DNA from: Desulfatiglandales bacterium
GTDB lineage: Bacteria; Desulfobacterota; DSM-4660; Desulfatiglandales; HGW-15
Assembly: GCA_963667015.2 (NCBI GenBank)
Contig: CAXXJJ010000001.1
Location: 1,792,001 to 1,856,000, forward strand
Direction: 5' to 3'
DNA: 64,000 bases
The notes beneath the pieces are model-generated. The model was not told the origin of the DNA. It saw only the letters and a list, made by a program, of their open reading frames with translations, and did not search any database. Position numbers and translations under genes: made by a program. This document shows positions 1 through 9,950 of the stretch, piece after piece. Positions within the stretch are counted from its first letter, which is position 1. Each line of letters opens with the position of its first letter.

Positions 1-166
1 CCGCATATTTTATCAGGTCGTTCAGTATATTAGGAATGAGTATTCCTTTTTCCCTTTTCTGCATCTCATTATGAAATTTATTCACGATTTTAACAAGTTT
101 CTGATGTTGTTCGTCAATAATTGGATGACCGATTTTAAACAGGCCGCACCATACAATAAAATCCAT
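1..166 (-). CDS. Bacteriohemerythrin, 5' part (runs off the window start; not in the ORF track)
   Basis: Manual translation from ATG at 166: MDFIVWCGLFKIGHPIIDEQHQKLVKIVNKFHNEM...LIKYA, matching the hemerythrin W-x4-(I/V)G-x3-ID-x-QH pattern; GGAGGG RBS upstream. Confidence 0.85.
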   Translation of the reverse strand, partial: MDFIVWCGLFKIGHPIIDEQHQKLVKIVNKFHNEMQKREKGILIPNILNDLIKYA

Positions 167-185
167 TATATTTTCCCTCCCTTTA

Positions 186-809
186 TTAAAGTAACCTGCT
201 TTCAGTTAAAGGAAACATATCAAGCGCCTTGAACTTTTTAAGTGAATCGATAACTGCAAACAAAGGTAAACCAACGACGTTACTGTATGAGCCTGAAATG
301 CTTTTTATCATAAAGGCTCCAATGCCCTGGATAGCATAGGCCCCTGCCTTACCAAAGGGTTCTCCGGTTTTTATATAAAAATTAATCTCTTCATCGGTCA
401 GGTTTTTAAATTTAACAAACGTAGCTACATAACTCGATATCGCAAGACAACCTGATGGATCAACTATGGAAAATCCTGTTATGACCTCATGATCGCCGTC
501 ACTCAGTTTGTTCAGCATAATAAATGCTTCTTCTGCATTAAGGGGCTTTCCCATTACCACTCCGTCCTTAACAACAATGGTATCTGCACCCAGTATCCAA
601 TTTGTCATTTCGGGAGTGAAAAGAGAAAGGGCTTTTTTTTCAGCAAGCCTTGTGCAAATATCAGAGAAATCACCCTTTTCTCCATTTTCATCAATATGGC
701 TGGGGATTGCAATAAATGGTATTTTAACCTGCTCTAGAAGCTCCTTTCTCCTCGGAGACGCCGATGCAAGTATAAGCGGATTTTTGTCTGAAATATAATT
801 GAAGGACAT
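186..809 (-). CDS. maf: Maf family nucleotide pyrophosphatase (YhdE-like)
   Basis: LILASASPRRKELL, GADTIV, GKP, GKAGAYAIQG, NVVGLP motifs. Confidence 0.95.
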   Translation of the reverse strand: MSFNYISDKNPLILASASPRRKELLEQVKIPFIAIPSHIDENGEKGDFSDICTRLAEKKALSLFTPEMTNWILGADTIVVKDGVVMGKPLNAEEAFIMLNKLSDGDHEVITGFSIVDPSGCLAISSYVATFVKFKNLTDEEINFYIKTGEPFGKAGAYAIQGIGAFMIKSISGSYSNVVGLPLFAVIDSLKKFKALDMFPLTESRLL

Positions 810-814
810 AATAA

Positions 815-1582
815 TCAGGAAATATTAAATAATTTTTTACAGTTGTCGGTCGTAATATCTGCTAAATCTTCAAATTCCATGCCTCGCAGCTCTGCGATCA
901 TTTTTGCCGTGTATGTAACAAAAAACGGCTCGTTGCGCTTCCCCCTCCGTGGCACCGGCGCCAGAAAAGGGGCATCTGTTTCAACAAGCATTCGCTCAAC
1001 AGGAATTCGGGCCGCCACCTCTTTTAGTTTGTCTGCATTTTTGAATGTTACAATGCCGGGTATGGAAATATGAAAGCCCAGGTCGATAAAGGTAAGTGCG
1101 GTTTTGTAATCGCCTGAAAAACAGTGAATTATACCTTTGTGATCGGCCTTCTCGTATGATTTTAATATATCAAGGATCTCTGTGTCTGCATCACGATTAT
1201 GTATGATAACAGGAAGACCGATCTCATATGCGATTTCTAGCTGGGTCCTGAATACTTCTATCTGTTTCTCTCTCTGCGACCGGTTTTTAAAGAAATCAAG
1301 CCCGATTTCTCCCCACGCCACAACCCTGCTGTCTTCTGCCATTGCCTTTAACTCATTAAGGTGGGCATCTGTAACCATATCTGCATCATGAGGATGAAAT
1401 CCCACTGTCGAGTATATAAAGTCATATTGCTTTGCCAGTTCAAGTGCCTTTATGGAACTCGTAAGATCAATACCTATAGTTATTATCCTTTCAACACCGC
1501 CTTCTACTGCCCTGTTAATTACCTGTTCCAGGTCATTTTTATAATCCTCCATGTCCAGATGCGCATGGCTGTCAATAAGCAT
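815..1582 (-). CDS. tatD: TatD family hydrolase/DNase
   Basis: IDSHAHL, GEIGLD, IIHNR, HCFSG, ETDAPFLAP, GKRNEP. Confidence 0.95.
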   Translation of the reverse strand: MLIDSHAHLDMEDYKNDLEQVINRAVEGGVERIITIGIDLTSSIKALELAKQYDFIYSTVGFHPHDADMVTDAHLNELKAMAEDSRVVAWGEIGLDFFKNRSQREKQIEVFRTQLEIAYEIGLPVIIHNRDADTEILDILKSYEKADHKGIIHCFSGDYKTALTFIDLGFHISIPGIVTFKNADKLKEVAARIPVERMLVETDAPFLAPVPRRGKRNEPFFVTYTAKMIAELRGMEFEDLADITTDNCKKLFNIS

Positions 1583-1756
1583 TCGTCTGTTTTCTCCCCT
1601 GTAATAATTTCAAATATGAAGCAAAATATAGTATGTTATAGTAACCCAATTGGCAAATAAATATCTTGCATAATTGATAAAACGAACTAAAATCATAGTC
1701 CTGTATAAAATCCTTATCTTATTTTAAAATAAGACAGGTACTATACTTTAATCAGC

Positions 1757-4075
1757 ATGGGGGCCATTAAAATAATGTCGGAGCAGAAAGACAACACCGC
1801 GATAAACTTAGAAAAAAAATTATATTTCCAGAGAAAACTCAATAATATAACAAATAAACTCTATTCTGCGAAGGATACCATTGATACCCTGCTGAACCTG
1901 ACCGAAGAAATCCAAAGCCTTTTTGAAGCCGATAGAATAACCATTTATGTTGTTGACGGGATAAAAAGGCAGATTGTTTCAAGGGTCAAGACAAATGATG
2001 ATATTGAAGAATATAGAGTCGATATTGACTATAACAGCCTTTCCGGTTTCTGCGCTGCATCAGGCAGGATAATAAGTGTCTATAATGCCTATGATGATCA
2101 CGAATTAAAACGTATCCATCCTGAACTCAAATTCAATAAAAACTTTGACCTGCAGACCGGTTATAAAACAAAGCAGGTTCTGGCCGCTCCGGTTATATAT
2201 AATAAAAAAATTCTGCTTGGAGTGATCGAGGTCATAAATAAGCTTGACGGGACCTATTTTACCCTTGAAGACCAGGCCTCGGCCATGGAAATTGCAAAGG
2301 TCCTTGCCCTTGCTATCTCAAACAGCCAGAAACTTCAGCATAAACAGAAAACAACAAAATATGATTACCTGATAACCAACAATATTATTACAAACGTAGA
2401 TATGGAAACGGCCATGGCAAAGGCCCGTAAGGAACATAAGTCCGTTGAAGGCATACTTATGAAGGATTTTAAGGTTTCAAAGGACGATATCGGGAAATCC
2501 CTGGCCAGTTTCTATAAAACACCCTTTATACCATTTGATGAAAAGATGGTGATTCCGGGTCAGTTATTGAAGGGGCTGAAGGTAAGTTTTTTGAAGCAGA
2601 ATGTGTTTGTCCCCGTATCTCAGTCAGGTAATGTAGTGCAGGTGGCAATGGAAAATCCGGATTATCTTCCGGCCAGAGATACCATAAAACAGATTATGCC
2701 TGGAGTTAATCTGGAATACTGTGTTTCACTCAAGGAAGATATATTTCAGATGATAGATCTTTTCTTTGATGTCGAACTATTTGGAATGTTGAGGGATTCA
2801 GACAGTATCGAAGAACTGATCGGGCAGCTGGAGATGGGTGAAGAAGAGGACTATGAAGATACCGAAAGGGTATCTGAGCAGGACGGAGCCATTGTACAGC
2901 TGGTTAACAAGATGATTATTGACGGGTACAACAGGGGAGCCTCGGATATCCATATTGAGCCGCGCCCTGGGAGGGCCAATTCAGTAATAAGATTCAGGAT
3001 TGATGGTGCCTGCCAGGTATATCAGACCATTCCATACACATTTAAAAAGGCGCTTGTTTCACGTGTTAAAATCATGGCAGATCTTGATATCTCGGAAAGG
3101 CGTCTGCCGCAGGATGGAAAAATAAAGTTCAGAAGATTTGCCCCTCTTGATATTGATCTTCGAATTGCAACCATCCCGACCGCTGGCGGGGTCGAGGATG
3201 TTGTTATACGTCTTCTGTCAACAGGAGAGCCCATACCCCTGGATAAAATGGGTATGAATGAGCGTGATTATAACACCTTTACAGAGTTGATTTCACGGCC
3301 CTATGGTATTGTGCTTGTAGTCGGGCCAACCGGAAGCGGTAAGACAACTACTCTTCACTCAGCACTAAAATATATCAATAAACCGGAAACAAAGATATGG
3401 ACTGCAGAAGACCCTGTTGAAATCACCCAGGATGGTTTGCGCCAGGTTCAGGTTCACCCTAAAATCGGTTTTAACTTTGCCAAGGCAATGAGGGCCTTTC
3501 TCCGGGCAGACCCTGATGTAATAATGGTTGGTGAAATGCGTGATGCTGAAACAGTATCAACAGGAATCGAGGCATCACTTACAGGGCATCTTGTTTTCAG
3601 TACCCTTCATACCAACAGTGCGACTGAAACCATAACGCGTCTTCTTGATATGGGAATGGATCCGCTTAACTTTGCAGATGCCTTCCTGGGAGTTGTGGCT
3701 CAAAGGCTTGTCAGAACCCTTTGTCCTGTCTGCAAAGAGGCATATCACCCTGACAGAGAGGAATATGACAGCCTTGTCAGGTACTACAATGGTAATTTTG
3801 ATGCACTTGGCTTCCCCTATAAAAAAGACCTTAAATTATACAGGGCAAAGGGATGCTCTACATGTGGCAATATCGGATATCGCGGCAGGGTAGCACTGTT
3901 TGAGATGCTTGCAGGAACACGTGAAATGCAGTCAAAAATTTATTCGCGGGCAAAGATGGATGACCTGAAAGCTCAGGCCACGAAAGACGGTATGACAACC
4001 TTAATGCAGGACGGTATACGCAAAATATTCCTTGGGCAGACAGATTTTGCCCAGGTAAGGAAGGTGTGCATGTGA
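1757..4075 (+). CDS. GspE/PilB-family secretion/pilus assembly ATPase with N-terminal GAF domain
   Basis: GAF (FDLQTGYKTKQVLAAPV...GVIEVINK), ASDIHIEP, GPTGSGKTTTL, TAEDPVE, LRADPDVIMVGEMRD, CxxC...CxxC. Confidence 0.9.
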   Translation: MGAIKIMSEQKDNTAINLEKKLYFQRKLNNITNKLYSAKDTIDTLLNLTEEIQSLFEADRITIYVVDGIKRQIVSRVKTNDDIEEYRVDIDYNSLSGFCAASGRIISVYNAYDDHELKRIHPELKFNKNFDLQTGYKTKQVLAAPVIYNKKILLGVIEVINKLDGTYFTLEDQASAMEIAKVLALAISNSQKLQHKQKTTKYDYLITNNIITNVDMETAMAKARKEHKSVEGILMKDFKVSKDDIGKSLASFYKTPFIPFDEKMVIPGQLLKGLKVSFLKQNVFVPVSQSGNVVQVAMENPDYLPARDTIKQIMPGVNLEYCVSLKEDIFQMIDLFFDVELFGMLRDSDSIEELIGQLEMGEEEDYEDTERVSEQDGAIVQLVNKMIIDGYNRGASDIHIEPRPGRANSVIRFRIDGACQVYQTIPYTFKKALVSRVKIMADLDISERRLPQDGKIKFRRFAPLDIDLRIATIPTAGGVEDVVIRLLSTGEPIPLDKMGMNERDYNTFTELISRPYGIVLVVGPTGSGKTTTLHSALKYINKPETKIWTAEDPVEITQDGLRQVQVHPKIGFNFAKAMRAFLRADPDVIMVGEMRDAETVSTGIEASLTGHLVFSTLHTNSATETITRLLDMGMDPLNFADAFLGVVAQRLVRTLCPVCKEAYHPDREEYDSLVRYYNGNFDALGFPYKKDLKLYRAKGCSTCGNIGYRGRVALFEMLAGTREMQSKIYSRAKMDDLKAQATKDGMTTLMQDGIRKIFLGQTDFAQVRKVCM

Positions 4076-4082
4076 TAAAAGA

Positions 4083-4140
4083 AGGGCACAAGGCGCAAGG
4101 TTCAGGGCGCAGGGAAAAACCTTGAGCCTTGTGCCTGGAT
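4083..4140. repeat. Inverted heptamer-repeat hairpin (AGGCGCA/AGGCACA units) between convergent genes
   Basis: agggcacaaggcgcaaggttcagggcgcaggg aaaaa ccttgagccttgtgcctgg; same family as 26811-26946; may act as a bidirectional terminator. Confidence 0.75.
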
Positions 4141-4144
4141 TTTA

Positions 4145-5206
4145 TTATGGAAACCTGCCCGGTTTTAAAAGGCCCGCAGACTCCTCAAGGCCGAACATGA
4201 TATTCATATTCTGAACTGCATTTCCTGCCTGTCCCTTAACAAGGTTATCTATCAGGCTTACTACAATAAGCTTGCCTGTCCTTCCATCCACGTTGATAGA
4301 AAGGTTGCAGAAATTGCTTCCCCTTACGTCCGTGCTTACCTGGGCGACTTCAGGGCCGAATACCCTCACGAAAACCGAATCTTTATAGAACTCCCTGTAT
4401 ATCTCTACTATCTCATTAACATCTGTTGTGCCTGTAAGGTTTCCGTATATGGTGGACATAATGCCCCTTGTAAGGGGAATTACGTGGGGTGTAAATGTTA
4501 CATTTAAATCGACACCTGCAATCAGGCTCAGCTCCCTTTCGATCTCAAATACATGCTGGTGACCTGAAATCTTGTAGGCGTTCATTGCATCATAACGTGC
4601 CGGGTAATGAAATCCGGGTTTGGGTGTTTTCCCTGCTCCTGATACTCCTGTCTTTGCATCACATATGATAGATTTTTTATCTATTATGGATGCATCAACC
4701 GCAGGGGACAGGCCGAGTATGCAGCTTACAGCAAAGCAGCCCGGATTTCCTACTATCCTGCTCTCGGCTATTTCCTTCCTGTGAAGTTCTGGAAGACCAT
4801 ATACTGTTTCGGAAAGCAGTTCGGGCGAGGCATGGTCCCAGGTCTTGCCTATCCTTTTTGCATATGAATCATATGTGGCTGAATCGTTAAAGCGGAAATC
4901 CCCGCTGTAATCTATTATCTTTGCACCCCTATCGAGCCACTCCCTGGCAAACTGCTGGCCCACTCCATCCGGTGTGGCATAAAATACAACGTCAAAGTCA
5001 TCCGGGCAGTCCGGGTCCTTCGGATCATAGACCATAAGGTCGCAGAATCCCTTAAGATGCGGATACATATCGCTTACAGGTTTACCTGTATCCTGCTTTG
5101 CCATAAGCCCTGTTATTTCAGCATCCGGATGCTCAACAAGAAGCTCGATAGCACCACAGCCACCGTATCCGCCGGCGCCAATGATGCCGACTTTTATTTT
5201 GTTCAT
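4145..5206 (-). CDS. argC: N-acetyl-gamma-glutamyl-phosphate reductase
   Basis: GIIGAGGYGG, DYSGDFR, YGLPEL, catalytic NPGC, GVSGAG, DNLVKGQAGNAVQNMN. Confidence 0.95.
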   Translation of the reverse strand: MNKIKVGIIGAGGYGGCGAIELLVEHPDAEITGLMAKQDTGKPVSDMYPHLKGFCDLMVYDPKDPDCPDDFDVVFYATPDGVGQQFAREWLDRGAKIIDYSGDFRFNDSATYDSYAKRIGKTWDHASPELLSETVYGLPELHRKEIAESRIVGNPGCFAVSCILGLSPAVDASIIDKKSIICDAKTGVSGAGKTPKPGFHYPARYDAMNAYKISGHQHVFEIERELSLIAGVDLNVTFTPHVIPLTRGIMSTIYGNLTGTTDVNEIVEIYREFYKDSVFVRVFGPEVAQVSTDVRGSNFCNLSINVDGRTGKLIVVSLIDNLVKGQAGNAVQNMNIMFGLEESAGLLKPGRFP

Positions 5207-5215
5207 TGGTTTCTC

Positions 5216-6247
5216 CTAAACATTAAACCTGTAATTGATTATATCACCGTCTTCGACCACATATTCCTTGCCTTCAAGCCTTACCCTGCCTGCGGCCTTT
5301 GCGTCCTTGAAGGTGCCGTATATTATGAGGTCGTCATAGCCTAAGACCTCTGCCCTGATAAATCCCTTCTGTATATCAGAGTGAATTTCTCCTGCTGCTT
5401 CAAGGGCAATGGTGTTCTTTTTAATTGTCCATGCCTTTACCTCGTCTTCACCAACAGTAAAAAAGGACATAAGGTTCATGATCCGGTAAGACTCTTTTAT
5501 TATTCGGTCCAGCGCAGATTGCTCAATGGAATATTCCGCGCGGAACATCTCGGCATCCTCTTTGCTCATTGCTGCTATTTCCATCTCAAGCCTGCCCCGC
5601 ACCGCCTGTATTGCCATGTTTTCATCTTTTGATGACCATTCGGGCAGGCTGTCATTATCGTCATCATTGTTTATGATAACAAGCTGGGGTTTGGCCGATA
5701 AAAATGTAAAGCCCTTTAAAAGAGGAGAAGACGCCAGCTCCGGGTTTTTTCTTAAGGGCTCTCCATTATCTAAAAGCTCTTTACATGCCAGAACCAGGTT
5801 GTGTTCTTCTTCATCCGGTTTCTTTCCTCTTTTAAGATCCGCATTTATCCTCTCAAGACGTTTTTCCACAACCATGAGATCATTTAAAATCATCTCATCT
5901 TCGAGCTGTTTATAGTCATTTTCAGGCGACGGGTCAGTCCCGGCAAAATCCGGAAAGTTTCGGACAACATGAATAAGCGCATCGCAGACCCTTACCTGGT
6001 TCCAGATTATATTTTCAGATCCTCCGCCTACATCTGACGGAAGAAGATATTCTACTGACGCATAAGCCGTTTTTTTGGGGTTGTACATATTGGTTAAAAA
6101 ATCAATTCTTTCATCCATCACTTTAACAGAGGCAATCCTGTTGTCTTTTTTTGCCCCTTTTGTATCGCTTTCACCCCTTGCGCCTGTGAGGGCGGAAAAT
6201 ATTGTAGATTTTCCTGACTGCGGCAGACCAAATATTCCTAATTTCAT
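5216..6247 (-). CDS. ychF: YchF/OLA1 family ATPase (likely start MKLGIFG at 6247)
   Basis: GLPQSGKSTIF P-loop, FFTVGEDEVKAWT, AGEIHSDIQKGFIRAEV, EGKEYVVEDGD. Confidence 0.9.
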   Translation of the reverse strand: MKLGIFGLPQSGKSTIFSALTGARGESDTKGAKKDNRIASVKVMDERIDFLTNMYNPKKTAYASVEYLLPSDVGGGSENIIWNQVRVCDALIHVVRNFPDFAGTDPSPENDYKQLEDEMILNDLMVVEKRLERINADLKRGKKPDEEEHNLVLACKELLDNGEPLRKNPELASSPLLKGFTFLSAKPQLVIINNDDDNDSLPEWSSKDENMAIQAVRGRLEMEIAAMSKEDAEMFRAEYSIEQSALDRIIKESYRIMNLMSFFTVGEDEVKAWTIKKNTIALEAAGEIHSDIQKGFIRAEVLGYDDLIIYGTFKDAKAAGRVRLEGKEYVVEDGDIINYRFNV

Positions 6248-6346
6248 ATATTTTTCCTTCTTTGTTTCCAAATTTGTAAAATCGGACAGAGAATATTCGT
6301 TTTTATTAATGAAATCAACCTGATTCTGGAGGTGGTTCAAAATAAC

Positions 6347-6390
6347 TTGACAAAAAAATTAAACTATATAATTTAACTAAAAAGTTAAAT
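6347..6390 (+). promoter_or_regulatory. Sigma-70-like promoter overlapped by a putative TetR operator
   Basis: TTGACA at 6347-6352; perfect inverted repeat ATTTAACT-aaaa-AGTTAAAT at 6371-6390, upstream of the tetR gene. Confidence 0.65.
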
Positions 6391-6443
6391 AAAATGTTTA
6401 GATAAAATTCATAACTGGAGCCATATTTTCGGGAGATTGTTAA

Positions 6444-7070
6444 ATGGTACAAAAGAAAAAAAGGAAGGAGTCAATACGCCGGATACTTGAGGCTGCCATG
6501 TCGGTTTTTTCCGAGGAAGGTTTTTCAGGGGCAAGAATGGATGAAATCGCAAAAAGAGCGGGCGTGAATAAAGCAATGATCTATTACAGGGTAGGGGATA
6601 AAAAGACCTTGTACAGAGAAGTTATTCAGATGCTTTTTGGAGATATCGGTAATGCTATTACCGGAGGAATACCGGAAGACTCGGATCCTGAAAAAAAATT
6701 TAAATATTACATCAAAGGCCTTACAAAAACCATAGCAGAACATCCTTATCTCCCCGGAATTATGATGCGTGAAATGGCATCAGGCGGTCAGAACCTGGAT
6801 GAATATATGGCAAAGGATTTTATTAAAATTCTTGGTGTGCCGGAAAGAATAATCAGTGAGGGAATAGAAAAAGGAGTTTTTATAAAAACAAGTCCGCTGA
6901 TTGTGCACATGATGATAGTCGGGTTCATGATGTTTTTCAGGTCTACAGAACCTGCAAGAAAAAGGTACGAGGCGGCTTTACCTGAAAGCGCCGGAGTTTT
7001 TGGTAGCAAATCAATAGTAGAAGGAATGAAAGAAATAGAACGGCTTGTACTGAGAGCCATTAAAGCCTGA
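6444..7070 (+). CDS. TetR/AcrR family regulator (CecR/YbiH-like position)
   Basis: RILEAAMSVFSEEGFSGARMDEIAKRAGVNKAMIYY HTH; first gene of the exporter operon. Confidence 0.92.
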   Translation: MVQKKKRKESIRRILEAAMSVFSEEGFSGARMDEIAKRAGVNKAMIYYRVGDKKTLYREVIQMLFGDIGNAITGGIPEDSDPEKKFKYYIKGLTKTIAEHPYLPGIMMREMASGGQNLDEYMAKDFIKILGVPERIISEGIEKGVFIKTSPLIVHMMIVGFMMFFRSTEPARKRYEAALPESAGVFGSKSIVEGMKEIERLVLRAIKA

Positions 7071-7096
7071 TAAAAGTGTTTTCCGGAGGAGGTCTT

Positions 7097-8269
7097 ATGA
7101 AAGATAAAAAGAAGAAAATTATCATTGCATTTGCGGCTTTGTTTATAGTCGTTACTCTTCTTGTTGTGCTGGGTAAAATATTCAGCGGCAATGGCGACAT
7201 GCTTTATTCAGGCACAATAGAGGCGAGACAGGCTGACATTTCGTTTCAGACAGTCGGAAGAGTTTTAAAAATCCATGCTGATGAGGGTGCTCATGTTGAA
7301 AAGGACGCGCTTATGGCTGACCTGGAGCCATCCGAGTTTGATGCCCGGTATCAGCAGGCAGAGGCATCGGCTTTTGCAGCAGAAAAAGAGATGGAACAGC
7401 TTGAGGTTGAACTTGAAGTCAGCAGGACTGTTTTACCTGCGGATGTTAAAAGGGCAGAGGCTGCGGTTGAGGCGCTTAAAGCTAATCTTAAGGAACTGGA
7501 AGCAGGATATCGGTCACAGGATGTGGAAAAGGGCAGGCTTGCAATGCTGTCAGCAGAAACAGCCATGAAAACAGCCTTAAGAGACAAAGAGCGTTCTGAC
7601 TCTCTTTATAAAGATAAAATAATATCCGAAAAAGAACGCGATGACGCATACCTTTTATATGAAACAAGGTTGAGATCATACGAGCAGGCAAAGGAAAGCT
7701 TTGCACAGCTCAGTGAAGGCTACAGAAAAGAAAATATACTGGCAGCCCGTGCAAGGCTTGCAGAAGGGGAAGCTGCATTCAGCCAGGCAAAAAAAAACCT
7801 GGAGAGGCTTGATGCCCTTGAAAAGAAGGTAGAATCTGCAAAGGCTATGGTAGAGGCGAGCAGGGCGGCCCTTAAACTTGCAGGAATTCAGAAATCATAT
7901 GCAACACTTAAGGCTCCTTTCAGCGGAACAATCACGAGCCGGAATGTTGAAGTAGGCGAGCTTGTGTCAGTAGGCCGTGAAGTGTTTTCCATGGCGGATC
8001 TTTCAAGCGTTGACCTCAAGATATATGTGGATGAGGAATCCATAGGAAGGGTTAAACACGGTCAGGATGTTGATGTAAAAGTGGATACCTTTCCTGATAA
8101 AGTTTTTAAGGGCAAAGTTGCATTCATTTCTCCTGAGGCGGAATTTACCCCAAAAATTATTCAGACACACAAAGAGAGAGTAAAGCTTGTTTACCTTGTT
8201 AAGGTGAAAATACCAAACCCCGATATTGAGTTAAAAACCGGTATGCCGGCAGATGCGTGGATAAGATAA
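7097..8269 (+). CDS. HlyD-family periplasmic adaptor (YbhG-like)
   Basis: N-terminal TM helix, long coiled coil, LKAPFSGTI, AEFTPKIIQT...LKTGMPAD; GGAGGAGG RBS before ATG 7097. Confidence 0.9.
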   Translation: MKDKKKKIIIAFAALFIVVTLLVVLGKIFSGNGDMLYSGTIEARQADISFQTVGRVLKIHADEGAHVEKDALMADLEPSEFDARYQQAEASAFAAEKEMEQLEVELEVSRTVLPADVKRAEAAVEALKANLKELEAGYRSQDVEKGRLAMLSAETAMKTALRDKERSDSLYKDKIISEKERDDAYLLYETRLRSYEQAKESFAQLSEGYRKENILAARARLAEGEAAFSQAKKNLERLDALEKKVESAKAMVEASRAALKLAGIQKSYATLKAPFSGTITSRNVEVGELVSVGREVFSMADLSSVDLKIYVDEESIGRVKHGQDVDVKVDTFPDKVFKGKVAFISPEAEFTPKIIQTHKERVKLVYLVKVKIPNPDIELKTGMPADAWIR

Positions 8270-8272
8270 TCT

Positions 8273-9001
8273 ATGGTAGAAACCTTTGTACATATAAACA
8301 GTGTGACAAAAAAATTCGGGCAGGTAACTGCAGTGGATGCCATATCCCTCGAAATTAAAAGGGGTGAGATTTTCGGTCTGGTCGGCTCTGACGGCGCAGG
8401 CAAGTCCACACTTTTAAGGATGACAGCCACCATGATACCGCCTGATTCAGGCAGTATACTCATCAAGGGGCTTGATAATATAAAAGACAGGATGAAGGTA
8501 AAATCCCTGATGGGGTACATGCCCCAGAAGTTCGGTCTTTATCAGGATCTCACGGTTGGAGAAAACATGGAATTTTTCATGGATATCTTCAATATATTTG
8601 GCGAAGAAAGAGATAGAAGGCGTGAGCTGTATCTTGGTTTTTCAAACCTGCTTCCCTTTATTGACCGTCCTTCTGGAAAACTTTCGGGCGGTATGAAGCA
8701 GAAGCTTGGTCTTGCATGTGTTCTTGTTCATGAACCGGAGCTCTTAATACTTGATGAACCCACAAACGGTGTTGATCCTGTTTCAAGGGGCGAGTTCTGG
8801 GAAATATTATTCAGAATGAAAGAAGAGGGCATGACAATAATGGTTTCTACCGCATACCTTGATGAAGGTGAAAAGTGTGATCGCATTGCCCTTATGCATA
8901 AGGCTCAAATTCTGGACCTTGATACTCCGGAAAAGATGATGCAGGGTTTTCCCGATCTTGAAGAAGCGGTTATCCGCAGGATCTCACAGGCTGACAATTA
9001 A
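8273..9001 (+). CDS. ABC exporter ATP-binding protein (YbhF-like, first NBD)
   Basis: GSDGAGKST, LSGGMKQK, ILDEPTNGVDP. Confidence 0.93.
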   Translation: MVETFVHINSVTKKFGQVTAVDAISLEIKRGEIFGLVGSDGAGKSTLLRMTATMIPPDSGSILIKGLDNIKDRMKVKSLMGYMPQKFGLYQDLTVGENMEFFMDIFNIFGEERDRRRELYLGFSNLLPFIDRPSGKLSGGMKQKLGLACVLVHEPELLILDEPTNGVDPVSRGEFWEILFRMKEEGMTIMVSTAYLDEGEKCDRIALMHKAQILDLDTPEKMMQGFPDLEEAVIRRISQADN

Positions 9002-9061
9002 TGTTGTGTCAACGATTCAGTGCCTCGATGTTTCATTTTGACCGGCAGAAGTAATTATTTC

Positions 9062-9149
9062 GTAGGGTGGTGTTTTACACACCACCGTGTAGACGCAAGG
9101 TATACCTTGCGTCTACATAAAAACCGGTCGGGATAAATCCCGACCCTAC
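9062..9149. repeat. Cluster of three GTAG-type REP palindromes
   Basis: GTAGGGTGGTGttttacACACCACC; TGTAGACGCAAGgtataCCTTGCGTCTACA; GGTCGGGAtaaaTCCCGACCCTAC. Confidence 0.8.
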
Positions 9150-9179
9150 AAAAATACTTGTTAAAATGACAGTCAATGC

Positions 9180-9950
9180 ATGACAACGAGTTATCGGAGA
9201 AAAATTTTGCAGCCTGATATTGTCACAGTTAAAGATCTTGTAAAAAAGTTCGGCAGCTTTACTGCTGTCAGTGATATTGCCTTTTCAGTCAAAAAGGGAG
9301 AAATATTCGGTTTCCTGGGACCCAATGGTGCCGGTAAATCAACAACCATAAGAATGCTCTGCGGTATACTTATGCCCACATCAGGTGAGGGTACTGTTGC
9401 CGGGTACGATATAATAAAAAATCCCGAAGGTATAAAGCATTCCATAGGCTACATGTCCCAGAAGTTTTCTCTATACGAAGACATGACGCCCTTTGAAAAC
9501 ATAAGGTTCTACCTCGGAGTATACAGCGTGCCTGAACATATGTGGAAGGAGAGAACCGAATGGGTGCTTGAAATGGCATCATTAGGCGATCTCAGGAACA
9601 GGCTTACAAGGGAACTTCCGCAGGGTTGGAGACAGAGGCTGGCACTTGGGTGCGCGCTTATTCATAAACCTGAGATACTTTTTCTGGATGAACCTACATC
9701 AGGAGTTGATCCTGTCACAAGAAGACAGTTCTGGAGTTTTATAAAAGATCTTTCGGAAAAGGGCATGACTGTGTTTGTAACCACCCATTACATGAATGAG
9801 GCGCTCAACTGCGGGCGTATTGTGATGATAAATAACGGCACCATTGTTGTATCAGGAGAACCGGAACAGGTGATAAAGGATGTATGCCCTGATAAACCCG
9901 ATGCAGACCTGAATGATGTTTTTATTAAGCTCATGACCAGAGAGGCTTGA
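9180..9950 (+). CDS. ABC exporter ATP-binding protein (YbhF-like, second NBD); true start may be slightly downstream
   Basis: GPNGAGKST, GYMSQKFSLY, LFLDEPTSGVDP, TTHYM. Confidence 0.93.
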   Translation: MTTSYRRKILQPDIVTVKDLVKKFGSFTAVSDIAFSVKKGEIFGFLGPNGAGKSTTIRMLCGILMPTSGEGTVAGYDIIKNPEGIKHSIGYMSQKFSLYEDMTPFENIRFYLGVYSVPEHMWKERTEWVLEMASLGDLRNRLTRELPQGWRQRLALGCALIHKPEILFLDEPTSGVDPVTRRQFWSFIKDLSEKGMTVFVTTHYMNEALNCGRIVMINNGTIVVSGEPEQVIKDVCPDKPDADLNDVFIKLMTREA

